A stretch of 64,000 bases of DNA. Source: Mobula hypostoma. Taxonomy: Eukaryota. The notes under the pieces were generated by a model. It was not told where the DNA came from. It was given only the letters and a program-made list of their open reading frames with translations, and made no database searches. The stretch is from the NCBI RefSeq assembly GCF_963921235.1, contig NC_086108.1:99202001-99266000 (forward strand), in the 5' to 3' direction. Shown piece after piece: positions 37,481-50,335 of this stretch; positions within the stretch are counted from its first letter, which is position 1, and each line of letters starts with the position of its first letter. The translations under genes and the position numbers were made by a program.

Positions 37481-37510
37481 GTTTCAGTTTCACAGTAATT
37501 CAGTATGATA

Positions 37511-37524
37511 CCACCAGGTGGCGC
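37511..37524 (+). promoter_or_regulatory. Candidate CTCF binding site
   Basis: ccaccaggtggcgc matches CCASYAGRKGGCRS at all 14 positions, in a small non-TE, CpG-retaining patch. Confidence 0.55.
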
Positions 37525-39199
37525 TTACCCCTGCTTTCGGCGAGGGGCCTTTCATTGTCCGTTCTCAGTTTAGTCGGGCTGAAATGTGGATGGAAGTTGA
37601 GCTTCGATTTCACCCAAGACACAGCTCACCTTTGCGAAGCATTGAGTTGAGGCACTTTATGTTAAAACCACTTCTAAAGCAATCTGCCTTTAAGTAGGTC
37701 TCAGCCTGAAATGCCGACTGTTTATTCATTTCCATAGGTGCTGCCTGACCTGCTGAGTTCCTCCAGCATTGTGTGTGTGTTGCTTTAAGTGCAGCTCCTA
37801 TTTTGCAGAGATTGTCATCAGATTGGTTTCTTTCTAAATTTAGAGCTTTTTAGATTCAATTGCACTTCAAGAACAGCAGGGAGGTAAAGTCACTGCCTGC
37901 ACTGTTCCAATGGTACTCCCATCTCCAAAAATAAATAGGAAGGTAGGGAGGCTAGTATTTTAGAATGGAATAAGATCCGGAATACTATCCTATCCAGAAG
38001 CGTCACAGCTTGGTATTGCAACCGCTCTGCCCAAGACCCGGCATATCACAAAAACCAGCCTCCCCTTTATGAACTCTGTCTTTCCTTCTTGCTGCCTCTG
38101 AAAAGCAGCCAGCATAATCAAAGACCCCATCCACTCCTGACAATTTCTCTTGCCCCGCTCCCATCAGGTAAAAGATACAAAAATCCAAAAGCATGTGCTA
38201 CCAGGCTCAAGGCCAGCATTATTCCTGCTTGTATTAGCCATCTCCACCCTGAGGAAAAAGTCTCTGCCTATCCACTAGCTCCAGAGTGTACCTCATCATC
38301 TTGTACACCTCTATTAACTCACCTCTCAACCTCCTTTGCTCCAAAGAGAAGTCTTAGCTCACTCAACATATCTTCACAAGACACACCCTCTAGTCCAGGA
38401 GGCATCCTGGTAAATCTCTGCATCCTCTCTAAAGCTTCACATTCTTCCTATAATGAGGTGATCAGAACTGAACACAATATGTTAACCATGGTCTAGCCAG
38501 AACTTATAGCTGTAATATTACCTTGTTACTTATTCTTAACAACCTAACCAACTTGCACTGTATCTTTGGGGGAATCTACTGGTGTGGATCCCAAGATTGT
38601 TCTGTTCCTCAACACTGCCAAGAATCCTGTCAGTAACGCTGTATTCTGCCTTCAAACATGACCTTTCAAACGCTGAAGCATCGTGGGAGATGGAAAACTT
38701 CAAGACAGATGGCGCAGCTGTTGGAGGGCTCTGAACCTCTCTCTCTCTCGATGGTGAGAGCGCGAGTCTGCTGGCTCTTGAGTTGAGGGAACTCAAAATA
38801 AGGGATGCTGCAGATTGTAATATCAAAACAGCGAGCCATTGGCCTCCCCTCTTGCTGTGACAGGAGTGATATCTCTCTCCCTCATTAGTGAGAGAGAGGA
38901 CCTGTTGAGATGGCATGGTCTCTGGAGGCTTTGCTATTGCCTGCATGGTAGGTGGTGGGGTTGGGGCTGATGCTTCTACTGGAGTAAGTTGTGGGGGGGG
39001 GGGGGATGGTTGATGCTTTTGCCGGAGCAAGTGTGGGGGGGGGGGGAGGCTGCTTGGGGTTTGAAGGTTTTCTGTTGTTCATTGTTTGGGGTTATTTTCC
39101 TCTATGTTTCAGGGATGTCTGCGGAGAGTAGGAATTTCAGGTTGTATATTGTATACATTCCTTGACGTATACAAAATGAGGCAGGAGAAATAATAACCA

Positions 39200-41402
39200 G
39201 GGACAAGGAGGTATTTTGCATCAGTCTTCACTGTGGAAGACACTAGCAGTGCACCAGTTGTTGAAGTGTGTGAGGGAAGAGAAGTGAGTGTAGTTACTAT
39301 TACAAGAGAGAAGGTGCTCAAAAAGCTGAAAGACCTAAGGGTACGCAAGTCACCCGGACCAGATGAACTGCACCTCAGGGTTCTGAATGAGGTAGTGGTA
39401 AAGATTGTGGAGGCATTAGCAATGATCTTTCAAAAATCATTGGACTCTGCCATGGTGCCAAAGGAATGGAAAATTGTAAATGTCACTCCACTCTAAGGAA
39501 GGAGGAAGGCAGCAGAAAGGAACTTACAGACCAGTTAGCCTGACCTCAGTGTCTGGGAAGATGTAGGGGTCAATTGTTAAGGATGACACTCTGCAGTACT
39601 TGGTGGCATGGGACAAGATAGGACAAAGTCATTGTGGTTTCCTTAAGGGAAAATCTTGTCTGATAAACCTGTTGGAATTCTTTAAGGAGATTACAAGTAG
39701 GATGGATAAAGTGGATGCAGTGGATGTTGTATATTTGAATTTTCAGAAGGCCTTGACAAGGTACCACACGAGGCTGCTTACCAAGTTAAGAGACCACGGT
39801 ATTACAGGAAAGATACCGGCATGGTTAGAGCATTAGCTGATGAGTAGGAAGCAGCGAGTGGGAATAAAAGGATCCTTTTCAGGTTGGATGCCAGTGACTA
39901 GTGGTGTTCCGCAGGGGTCGGTGTTCTTTTTATGCTGTATATCAATGATTTGTGTTGACGCATGGCCAAGTGGTTAAGGTGTTCGTCTGGTGATCTGAAG
40001 GTTGCTAGTTCGAGCCTTGGCAGAGGCAGCGTGTTGTGTCCTTGAGCAAAGCACTTAACCACACATTACTCTGCAACGACACCGGTGCCAAGCTGTATGG
40101 GTCCTAATGCCCTTCCCTTGGACAAAATCGGTGGTGTAGAGAGGGGAGACTTGCAGCATGGGCAACTGCTGGTCTTCCATACAACCTTGCCCAGGACTGC
40201 ATCCTGGAAACCTTCCAAGATGCAAATCCGTAGTCTCACGAGACTAATGGATGCCTATTTATCAATGATTTAGATGATGAAATAGATAGATGGCTTTGTT
40301 GCTAAGTTTGCAGATGATACGAAGATTGGTGGAGGGGCAGGTAGTATTGAGGAAACAAGAAGGCTGCAGAAGGACTTAGACAAATTAGGGCAGCGGGTAA
40401 GAAAGTGGCAAATAAAAATTGGAAAATTCATGGACATGCACTTTGGTAGAATAAATAAATGTATGGACTATTTTCTAAATGGGGAGATAGTCCAAAAATC
40501 TGAGATGCAAAGGGACTTGGGAGTCCTTGTACAGAACACCTTAAAGGTTAACTTGCAGGTCGAGTTGGTGGTGAGGAAGGCAAATGCAATGTTAGCGTTC
40601 ATTTCAAGAGGTCTAGAATACAAGAGCAGGAATGTGATGCTGAGGCTTTATAAGGCACTGGTGAGGCCTCACCTAGAGTATTGTGAACAGTTCTGGGCTC
40701 CTCATCTAATAAAAGATGTGCTGGCATTGGAGAGGGTCCAGAGGAGGTTCACGAGGATGATTACAAGAATGAAAAAGTTATCATATGAGGAACGTTTGAT
40801 GGTTCTGGCCCTGTAATCTCTGGAATTTAGAAGGATGCGGGGGAGGGGAGTCTCATTGAAACCTTTTGAATGTTGAAAGGCCGAGACTGAGTAGATGTGA
40901 AAAGGATGTTTCCCATGTGGGAGAGTCTAGGACAAGAGGGCACAGCCTCTGGATGGAGGGGCATCCACTCAAAGCAAAGATGCAGAGAAATTTCTTTGGC
41001 CAGAGGGTGGTGAATTTGTGGAATTTGTTGCCACATGCAGCTGTGGAGGTCAGGTCGTTGGGTGTATTTAAGGCAGTAACTGATAGGTTCTTGATTGGAC
41101 ATGGCATCAATGGTTATGGGGAGAAGGCCGGGAAGGAGGGGGATAAAAGGATCACCCAGATTAAATAGCAGAGCAGAATATTTGGAATTCATTGCCTCAG
41201 ATGGCTGCGGAGGCCAAGCCACTGGGTTTATTCAAACTGGTGGTCGATAGGTTCTTGATTAGAAAGGGAGTCAAAGATTACAGGGAAAAGGCAGGAGAAT
41301 AGTCTTGAGAGGGATAATAAGTCAGCCATGATTGAATAGCAACACAGATTTGATGGGCTGAATGGCCTAATTCTGCTCTTATATCCCATGGTCTCATGGT
41401 CA
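39200..41402 (+). mobile_element. Long decayed CR1 ORF2 (RT domain) with nested SINE and a duplicated 3' end
   Basis: KSPGPDELHLRVL, GFLKGKSCLINLLEFF, SGVPQGS, KFADDTKIGG and LVRPHLEYCEQFW occur in order; a second 3' end starts at about 41180. Confidence 0.93.
39952..40259 (+). mobile_element. Full-length tRNA-CORE SINE with 12-bp TSD
   Basis: A box tggccaagtgg (39963), B box agttcgagcc (40007), CORE-like gtgtccttgagcaaagcacttaacc; TSD tatcaatgattt at 39940-39951 and 40260-40271. Confidence 0.88.
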
Positions 41403-41404
41403 CA

Positions 41405-42350
41405 GGACAGAGTAGTACAGCACAACAGACTGTTCGGCCCAGTGTTGTGCTGAACCAGCTGAAAAGAAAGTCAACCCCCCCCCCCCAAGCCAAAATACTA
41501 ATCCCCTGCAACTTACACCATGTCCGTATCCTTCCATCTTCCTCACATCCATGTGCCTATCTAAACATCACTTAAAACCCTCTAATGTTTGCCTCTACCA
41601 CCATACCAGGCAGTACATTCTGGGCATCCACCACGCTCGAAGGAAAGAACTTACCCCTCACATCCCCTTTGAACCTAGTCCCTCGCACCTTCAATGCATG
41701 CCCTCTAGTATTAGACATTTCTACCCTGGGAAAAAGATACTCCCTGTCTACTCTATCTATGCCTCTCATAATCTTAGAAACCTCTATTGGATTTCCCCTC
41801 AGCCTCCTCTGCTCGAAAGAAAACACTCCCAGTTTGTCCAACCTCTCATGTTAGCACATGCCCTTTAGTAGGCCTCTGGTTCGAGTGACTGCTGTTGGGA
41901 GGGCCACTGGGTCCTGATGCTCTTGGAGATGTTATCGTAGTTCTGAGATTTATGGATTGGGCTGTAGTTCACATTGGTCTCTTTCAGCTCTGTGTGTTTT
42001 TTCCATGTTCTCGCCCATTCTTTCTTGTTGCCGTCTGGTGGGCTGGGGGTTTGGGTGGTCTGCTAGTTTTTGTGCAAGGGAGGGGTTGGGGGTGTTTGGG
42101 GGTAGAAAGTTTTTCTTCTCCTGTGGTGGGGGGCAGTGCGGGATTGATGTCTTTCTTTCAACTACTTATGGTTTTCTGTATTCTGTGGCTATCTGGAGAA
42201 GACAAGTTTCAGAGTTGTATTCTGCATACATACAAAGATAATAAAGTAAACTTCCGAACCTTTGAACCAGGCAGCATCCTGATAAAGCTCTTCAGCACCC
42301 TCTCCAAAGCCTCAACATCCTTCCTATACTGGGGCGACCAGAACATATAA
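41405..42350 (-). mobile_element. CR1 3' fragment split by an unrelated insertion (about 41868-42265)
   Basis: KLGVFSFEQRRLRGNPIEVSKIMRGIDRVDREYLFP; CR1 resumes at about 42266. Confidence 0.8.
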
Positions 42351-43104
42351 TAATGAGGTTGGATAGAGAGAAACAAAGGCCTGCCATCTTCTGATGATGT
42401 GTCCTGGATATGACGACATTGATGTTGGATTGCAGCCTGTACCCTGGGGACACTTTCATCTGGCTAGGTCACTGGCAGCAGCGCAGGCAAGTTCACCAAA
42501 TGCCGACTGAATGTGAACACATGGCAGGTGGGAACTGTGTGGAAAGGCAGCTCAGACAGCTTTTTTGAGTGGCACTGCTTTTCATCTGTAAATTGCTTCC
42601 CCTTGCACACCTTGGAGATCTCCAGTTAATCAATAAAATGTGAACACTAAATAATAGCCGGAATTAATTGCTAGAAATAGCTCTCTTTTCCAGCCTCCTT
42701 GATGAGCTGTTAACTTGAAGGGATGCTGGAATACACGAGCAGTGAAATTCTGTTAAAGTAAGTGACATTACTGAGGGATCTGTGGCATTATCTGACAAAA
42801 CACAAATGGGCCTATTTTGGAACAAATTGCGATTGGGATTGAGGAAGTGGTGATAGAAAATAGATTTGTCCTTTGTGTTCTTCACTGTAAAATACCTTTT
42901 CTGAAAAACTACAGGAGCTAATTAGCTGAGTGCTTTTTATAATTGCATGTTGACGTAACTGCTTGATTTCAAAATGTATCTCTCCAATAAAGATTTATTT
43001 TCAAGAGACAGCAGAGAGACCATCACTAATACTCAACATGTCGCAGTACCAGGTACCACAAAGGCAATGGATGTGTTACACATTAAGATGCCACTTTCTT
43101 AAGC

Positions 43105-43313
43105 ATAAACAGAGAATTTATGCAGATGCTGGAAATCCAAAGCAACACGCACAGCATGCTGGAGGAACTCAGCAGGTCAGGCTGCATCTGTGGAAATGAA
43201 AAGACGACTTAAACTTCTTCAGGGTAGGTCTCCCTGAAGAAGGGTCTTGGCCTGAAATGTTGACGATCAATTCATTTCCATTGATGCTGCCAGACCTCCA
43301 GCATTTTGTGTGT
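43105..43313. mobile_element. PLE-derived foldback unit
   Basis: Minus arm at about 43105-43225; plus arm CTGAAGA-agggtcttggcct-GAAA-tgtt-gac from 43234. Confidence 0.75.
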
Positions 43314-43836
43314 GTCACTTTATTAAGTACCTTCTGTACCTAATAAAGTGGCCACTGAGTGTATGTCCTTGTTCTCCGGCTGCTGTAGCCCATCCACTTC
43401 AAGGTTCGACATGCTGTGCCTTCAGATATACTCTTCTGCACACCACTTTTGCAACACATGGTTATTTGAGTTGCTGTCACCTTCCTGTCAGCTTGAGCCA
43501 GTCTGGCCAGAATCCTCTGACCTCTCTCATTAACAAGATGATTTCACTCACAGAAATGCTGCTCACTGAATTTATTTGCTTTTGCGCTCCACTCTCTGTA
43601 AATTCTAGAGACTATTGGCAGTTTCTCAGATACTCAAACCACCCTGTCTGACACCAACAATCATTCATGCTCAAAGTCACTTAGATCCCATTTGTTCCCC
43701 ATTCTGATGTTTGGGCTGAACAACTGAACTTCTCGTTTATGTCTTCATGCTTTGAGATGCTGCCACACGATTGACTGATTAGATACTTGCATTAAAGAGC
43801 AGATGTACAGGTGTACCTAATACACTTGCCACTGTG
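43312..43836 (-). mobile_element. Tc1-like family A copy
   Basis: Double TIR at the left end, TIR plus TA at the right end, shared internal sequence. Confidence 0.85.
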
Positions 43837-45339
43837 TATATTAATCAATACTGTTATTTTCCTTTCCTTCTGCACTCATGTGCTTTGCCTGAGCTTTCTT
43901 GTGTTCTAGGCAGGACGGTGATTGGTGGGAATCAACAGTGAATGAATTCATTGTTTAACAATGCTTCATACAATCATGTATGAATTGGTTATCTGGATCT
44001 GACTTTTAACAGGCTAGGTTCCATTTCATATGGGATCTTGAGAACTTTTGTTAACTGTTCAGTGGAAAGCAATGGATTCAGAACCAGAATCAGATCCAGA
44101 TTTATTATCATTATTACTATTATTATTATTTTGTGGCAGCTGTGCAGACATTTGCACAGTACTGGATATTGGTTAAAATAGGAAGGTAGTTCAGAAACAG
44201 AAATAAGAGTTATTAGCTTAGCATTAGCTCCTCAGTAGTATTTGGTAACTGGAAGGATGTAATATACAAGCTTTAGGCACCCTCGCTATATATATGTGCA
44301 AAAGACTTCTGCACAGTACTCTGCAAAAGTGAACACTCCCCAACTATTTTGCTCCCTTTTTGGGCTACTTACTTATTTCTGTATTTTTTTTATTCTAACT
44401 TACAATAATTTTTAATATATTGAACGATACATGTCACGTCACATGTCAGTGATAATAAGCTTGATTCTGACTATGAGTAGAATAGTGAGGTAGTATTTGT
44501 GGACTGATAGACGGTTCAGAACTCTGATGGTCTAGGGGAAGAAGTTGTCCCTAAATCATTGAATGTGAGTATAATGGTCATAATGCTTTAAGACATAGGA
44601 GTGGAATTAGGCCATTCAGCCCATTGAGTCTGCTCTGCCATCCCATCACTGCTGATTTATTATTATGATCTTATTTCAATCAACTCTCCTTTTATTCTTT
44701 TAAACTTCACCAGATACAAGCCCACCCTGTCCAACCTTTCCTCCTGAGACAAACCACCCAGTTCAGATTGAGACACAGAAGTCTCCATATGCTGCAGTTT
44801 GGATCCAATTTCTTTGGAGTTTAGAAGACCGAGGGATGAACTTATTGAAAGGTACAACATATCAAGATGTGTCCACTTGGAAGAGAGCCTTGAAAGCTGG
44901 ACCGATATCCTAAGAGTTTCTACCTTCTGTAGCCCTTTTCAGCTCCACCCATCAATTCCCAGCCTTTGTTGCTACCACCCCCCCCAACCCCTTCTCCATT
45001 TGCCTATCAGTCCTACTGGTCCCATCTGCCTCTCCCTTTTCCATTTGCTGATTGCTTCTCCTCACCCTTGCTAATTATTGGTCCTCCCTTTCCCTTTCAT
45101 CTTTTTACACCATCTTCCCTTCACCTTTCAGCCCAGAATAAGTGTCTTGGCCCAAAATGTCAACTGTCAACTTCCTTGCACAGACTGAGCTCTTCCTGCA
45201 TCTTCTTTGTTGAATTGTAAACCTTCACAGAACAGATTTCAATGTACTTCCATCTCCCCTGAAGTCATAGGACTAACACTGTACACCAGGTGCGATTTCA
45301 CCAATGCCCTACAGATCTGAAGCACAATCTACTGACGTT

Positions 45340-45538
45340 GCAAACACAGGAGATTCTGCAGATGCTGGAAATCTTGATAAATACAGTCAGAATGCTGGAG
45401 GAGCTCAAAGAGGGGCAGCGTCCGTCGAGAGGAATCAATTGATGAAGGGTCTTGGCCTGAAATGTTGACTGTTCATTCCCCACCATAGATGCTGCCTGAT
45501 CTGCTGAGTTCCTCCAGCATTTTGTGTTTGTTGCTTCC
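45340..45538. mobile_element. PLE-derived foldback unit
   Basis: Minus arm at about 45340-45438 fused to a plus arm starting TTGATGA-agggtcttggcct-GAAA-tgtt-gactg. Confidence 0.8.
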
Positions 45539-46391
45539 CACTATTCATTTCCCCTTGAGACAAGCAATAAGGTTTTGTTAGCTCACAGAACAACGAACAT
45601 AAAACATTACAATGCAGTACAGGCCCTTTGGCCCATGATGTTGTGCCAACACTTCAACCTACATGCTCAATCTAACCCTTCCCTCTCACATAGCCTCCAT
45701 TTCTCTTTAATTCATGTGCCTGTCTGAGTCTCTTAATTGGCCTTAATGTACCTCCATCTACCACCACAGGATGTTCCATGTACCCACCACTCTGTGTAAA
45801 GAAATTACCTCTGATATCCCCCTCCCCAATACTTTCCACCAATCACCTTCAAGTTAAGCCCCCTTATTTTAGCCATTTCTTATCTGGGATAAAGTCTCTG
45901 GCTGTCAATTCAGTCTATGCCTCTCATCATCTTGTACACCTCTATCAGGACATCTCTCATCCTCTCTCTCTCCAAAGAGAAAAACCCTCCTAATCATTAA
46001 TTCTGCCTGCTGCTACACTTTCGCAGGTCATGTACTGGGACTTCCAAATGCCTCAACACCTCAGAATTCTCCAATCTCACACCACTTAGTTAATGTTCTT
46101 CTTTTCAATCTGGACACCCATACGTTTTTGCACTCCTATAACCAGATCTTTGCCTGGACATTTACTGTTTTACTCATTCACCTACTGTATCTCCCTGGAC
46201 TAATAACACTTTGGTGTTCAAGCCAAGGGCATCCTGTGCCAAAGCAATTTCTTTACCATCTTACTGGAAAGGTCTCAGCAGATGTCTCTTCATTTGCAGG
46301 ACAGTAACATAGTGGTTAGATTTGCGCTTTACAGCACTGGTGACTGGGATTCGATTCCCTTCGCTGTCTGTAAGGAGTTTGTACATTGGAC

Positions 46392-48340
46392 TGCAAGACC
46401 ATAAGACATAGGAAAAGATGGCCCATCAAGTCTTCTCCGCCATTCAGTCATGGTTGATCCATTTTTCCCCTCCTCAACCCCACTTTCTGGCTTTCTCCCC
46501 ATAACCTTTGATGCCACAGCCAATCAGGAACCTATCTCTGCCTTTAATGTACCCAACAACCTGGCCTTCATAACTGCTTGTGGTAACAAATTCCACAAAT
46601 TCACCACCCTCTGGCTAAAGAAATTTCTGTTTTGAAAGGGCACTCCTCTATCCTGAGGGCATGCCCTCTTGTCCCAGACTCTCCCACCATGGGAAATATC
46701 CTTTCCACATCTACTCCATCATCAAATTCATTTATATACAGCACAAAAAAAGTGGTCCTAACACCAATCCCTGCAGAACACCAGTAGTCACTGGCAGCCA
46801 GCCAAAGGATCCATTTCTTCCCACTAGATACCTCCTACCAATCAACCAGTGCTCTAACCGTGCCAGTAACTTTCCTGTAATACCATGAGCTCTTAACTTA
46901 GTAAGCAGCCTCACATGTAGCACCTTGTCAAAGGCCTTCTGAAAATCCAAATATACAACATCCACTGCATCCCCTTTATCAATCCTACTTGTAATCTCCT
47001 CAAAACATTCTAATAGGTTCGTCAGGCAAGATTTTCCCTTAAGGAAATCATGCTGACTATGTCTTATCTTGTCCTGTGTCATCAAGTACTTGATAATGTC
47101 ATCCTTAACAATTGACTCCTACATTTTCCCAAACACTGAGGTCAGGCTAACTGGTCTAATTTCTTTTCTGCTGCCTTCCTCTTTAAGAAAGGAGTGGAGT
47201 GACATTTGCAATTTTCCAGTCCTCCAGAACCATGCCAGAGTCCAATGATTCTTGAAAGATCATTACTAATGCCTCCACAATCTCTACCACCACCTCTTTC
47301 AGGGCCCTTGGGTGCCATTCATCTTGTCTAGGTGACTTGTGTATCCTTAGGCCTTGCAGCTTTTTGAGCACTTTGTCGCTCGTAATAGTAACTGCACTCA
47401 CTTCTCTTCCCTCACACCTTTCAACATCTGGCACACCGCTGATGCAAAATACTCATTTATTTAATCTGCCATCTCCTTGTCCCCTGTTATTATTTCTCTG
47501 GCCTCAATTTCTAGTGGTCCTATATCCACTCTTATTTTTTTTATATAGTTGAAAAAGTGTTTTCTATCCACTTTGATATTGTTTACTAGCTTCCTTTCAT
47601 ATTTTATCTTTTCCCTCCTAATGGTTCTTTTAGTCGTTTGTCACTTTTTAAAAGCTTCCCAATCATCTATCTTCCCACCAATTTTTGCTTTGTTGTATGC
47701 CCTCTCTCGTTGTTACATTAGCTTTGAGTTCCCTTGTCAGCCATGGTTGTACTATTTTGCCATCTGAGTATTTCTTTGTTTTTGGAATACATCTATCCTG
47801 CACCTTTCTCAATTTTCCCAGAAACATTACTGACTGCTGTCATCCCTGCCAGCATCTCCTTCCAACTTACATTAGCCAATTCCTCTCTCATACCACTGCA
47901 ATTTCCTTTACTCCACTGAAATACTGCTATGTCAGACTTGACTTTCTCCCTATCAAATTTCAGGTTGAACTCAGTCATATTGTGATCACTGGTTCCTAAG
48001 GGTTCCTTTAGCTTAAGCTCCCGAATCGCCTCTGGTTGATTACGTAACACCCAATCCAGTATAGCTGATCTGCTAGTAGGCTTAATGACATGCTGCTCTA
48101 ATTGCCATCTCGTAGGCATTTAACAAATTCATTCTCAACATTCTCATCTTAAGATCCATTATCAACCTGATTTTCCCAATCAACCTGCATGTTAAAATCT
48201 CCCATGACTATCATAACACTGTCCTTTTGACACACCTGTTCTATTTCTCATTGTACTCAGTAGTCCACATGCCAGCTACTGTTTGGTGGCCTGAATATAA
48301 CTGACATCAGGTTCCTTTCACCCTTGCAATTTCTTAACCC
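46392..48340 (-). mobile_element. Internally deleted CR1 ORF2 (endonuclease, RT N-terminal half, 3' end)
   Basis: IFRPPNSS, PTSRSAILDWVL..EPLGTSDHNM, FLKGKSCLTNLLECFEEITSRIDKGDAVDVVYLDFQKAFDKV and GVLQGLVLGPLF, then a direct jump to the 3' region. Confidence 0.92.
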
Positions 48341-49614
48341 AACCCCCAGCATGTTAACCACGTGGGCTTCCTCTGGTTTCCGTCCACATTCCAAAGATGT
48401 ACAAGTTAGGGTTAGTAAGTTGTGGGCACGCTGTTTCGGTGCCAGAAGTGTTGCGGCAATTGGGGGCTGACTGCTACGCACCCTTGGACTGTGTTGATTA
48501 TTGATGCAGCAATGCAATTCACTATATGTTTCAGCGTTTCGATATAGACGTGGAAAAATAAAACTAGTCTTTTACACGAAGACCTGGCGATAAAAATGTA
48601 TCCTCTTGAAGACATCTCCTTGAATGTGGACTAAGTTGTACAATAAATTCCGCAGATGGCTAAGGAAATTTCTCATTTTTGTTCTAAATTGAAGTCCTTG
48701 TTATTCTGAGACTGTACCCTCTGGGTGCCGAGACTTTAACCACTACTGGAAACATCCTCTACACATCTATGCTGTCTAGGCCTTTCAATATTCAATAGGT
48801 TTCAATGAGATCTCCCCTCATACTTCTAAATTCCAGTGAGTACAGATCCAGAGACACCAAACGCTCCTCGTACGTTAACCCTTTCATTTCTGGGATCATT
48901 CTTGTGAACCTATTCTGGACCCTCTCCAACGCCATTCCATCCTCAATTAGATAAGGGGCTCAAAACTGCTCACAATACTCCAATGTGCCTCTTACAAATC
49001 ATGAACACCACCAGCTCATTGCTGTAACCTGTGTTATGTGTGCCTTCCAGCAATATTGTTCTAAAAAGGGTGTACTTTGGAAGTGTTTTGCAGCAGTATA
49101 ATGTTGCCGAGTAGGTAAATTATTAATAGCTTCAGTGAAGTCAGGTAACATACCTTAGGGAATGTTGCCTTAATGCTTTTTAATAGGAGCATATTTTATG
49201 GGTCACTTCTTACCAATTGTGTTCCCATATTTGGATATAAAGTTACCATAGAAGAACCTCCAACAATTGAAAAAATTTATTATGTGAAATAAGTCTCCTG
49301 ACAAGGTAGCTGCAGGACGCTGTGAACAAAATCATTATCTACATTTATGTAAAGGCTCTGACTGCTGCCCAGTTCATTAGCACTGGATTCTTCAACAAAG
49401 ACACGATTGATGACAGTTCAACACCTGCAGCAAGGTGCTGTGGTGTTACTTTGATTCAAAAATGTCCATTTACAGAGTCATTGAAGACAATCAAAATGAA
49501 GCTAAGAGTTCATGGGGAGACAGTGGTGCAAATTGAACCACGAACTCACAGCCTTAAGTCATTTCACTAATTATGCCATCCTCATGGTCCATGGACAGGA
49601 AAGATTTATTTATT

Positions 49615-49772
49615 TTTTCATCTCCTCATCTTATTTCTCCGGTCCTGCTGAAGGGTCTCGGCCCAAAACGTTGACTGCACTCTTTTCCATAGATGCTGCC
49701 TGGCCTGCTGAGTTCCTGCAGCATTGTGTGTTGCTTGAACTTCCAGCATCTGCAGATTTTCTCTTGTTTATT
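49615..49772 (+). mobile_element. PLE-derived unit with hammerhead motif (49640-49677)
   Basis: cggtc-CTGCTGA-agggtctcggccc-AAAA-cgtt-gactg plus the full 3' module. Confidence 0.8.
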
Positions 49773-49796
49773 TATGTTTAATTTTTTAATTGAGAT

Positions 49797-50038
49797 TTTG
49801 GCCCTTTGAGCCACGCTGCCCAGCAATCCAGATTTAAATCCTGGGCCTTATCCTGGGACAGGTTACAATGACCAACTACCCTACCAACCAGTACACCTTT
49901 GGACTGTGGGAGGAAACCGGAGCATCTGGAGGAAATCGAAGCAATCTTGGGGAAAATGTACAAACACCTTACAGGCAGTGGTGGGCATTGAACCCCGGTC
50001 ACCTGTACTGTGAAGCATTGCATTAACCACTACACTCC
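49797..50038 (-). mobile_element. HE1-like V-SINE
   Basis: Homologous to 24070-24355. Confidence 0.8.
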
Positions 50039-50335
50039 CATGAGGGATATGGACTAAACGAGGGCAAATGGGAGTAACTTAGTTTATATGTACATTTATT
50101 ATAATTTAGTTTTTTTTATTATATATTGCAATGTACTTCTGCAGAAAAACAGCAAATTTCATGACATATGCCAATGATATTAAAGCTGATTCTGATCCTG
50201 ATTTACCATTGGCATGGACTAGTTGGAAAGAAATGCCAATTTCCCATGCTGTTTGACTCTGCAGGACGGGCACCATTCAAGGAGAGAGGTTAATTAAAAA
50301 GGGAAAACAAGGACATCCCTTTAGAACAGAAATGA

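Noticed and set aside
37420..37650. ORFs MCVCVCV... / HTHTHT...
   Set aside because: Translation of the (GT)n microsatellite.
38950..39065. G-quadruplex-prone G runs as a regulatory element
   Set aside because: Lies within a probable interspersed repeat tail (similar to 41870-42260); homopolymer lengths are also error-prone.
39952..40025. Functional tRNA gene (also 24280-24355, 46300-46370, 63810-63845)
   Set aside because: A/B boxes are present, but there is no complete cloverleaf and each continues into a SINE body.
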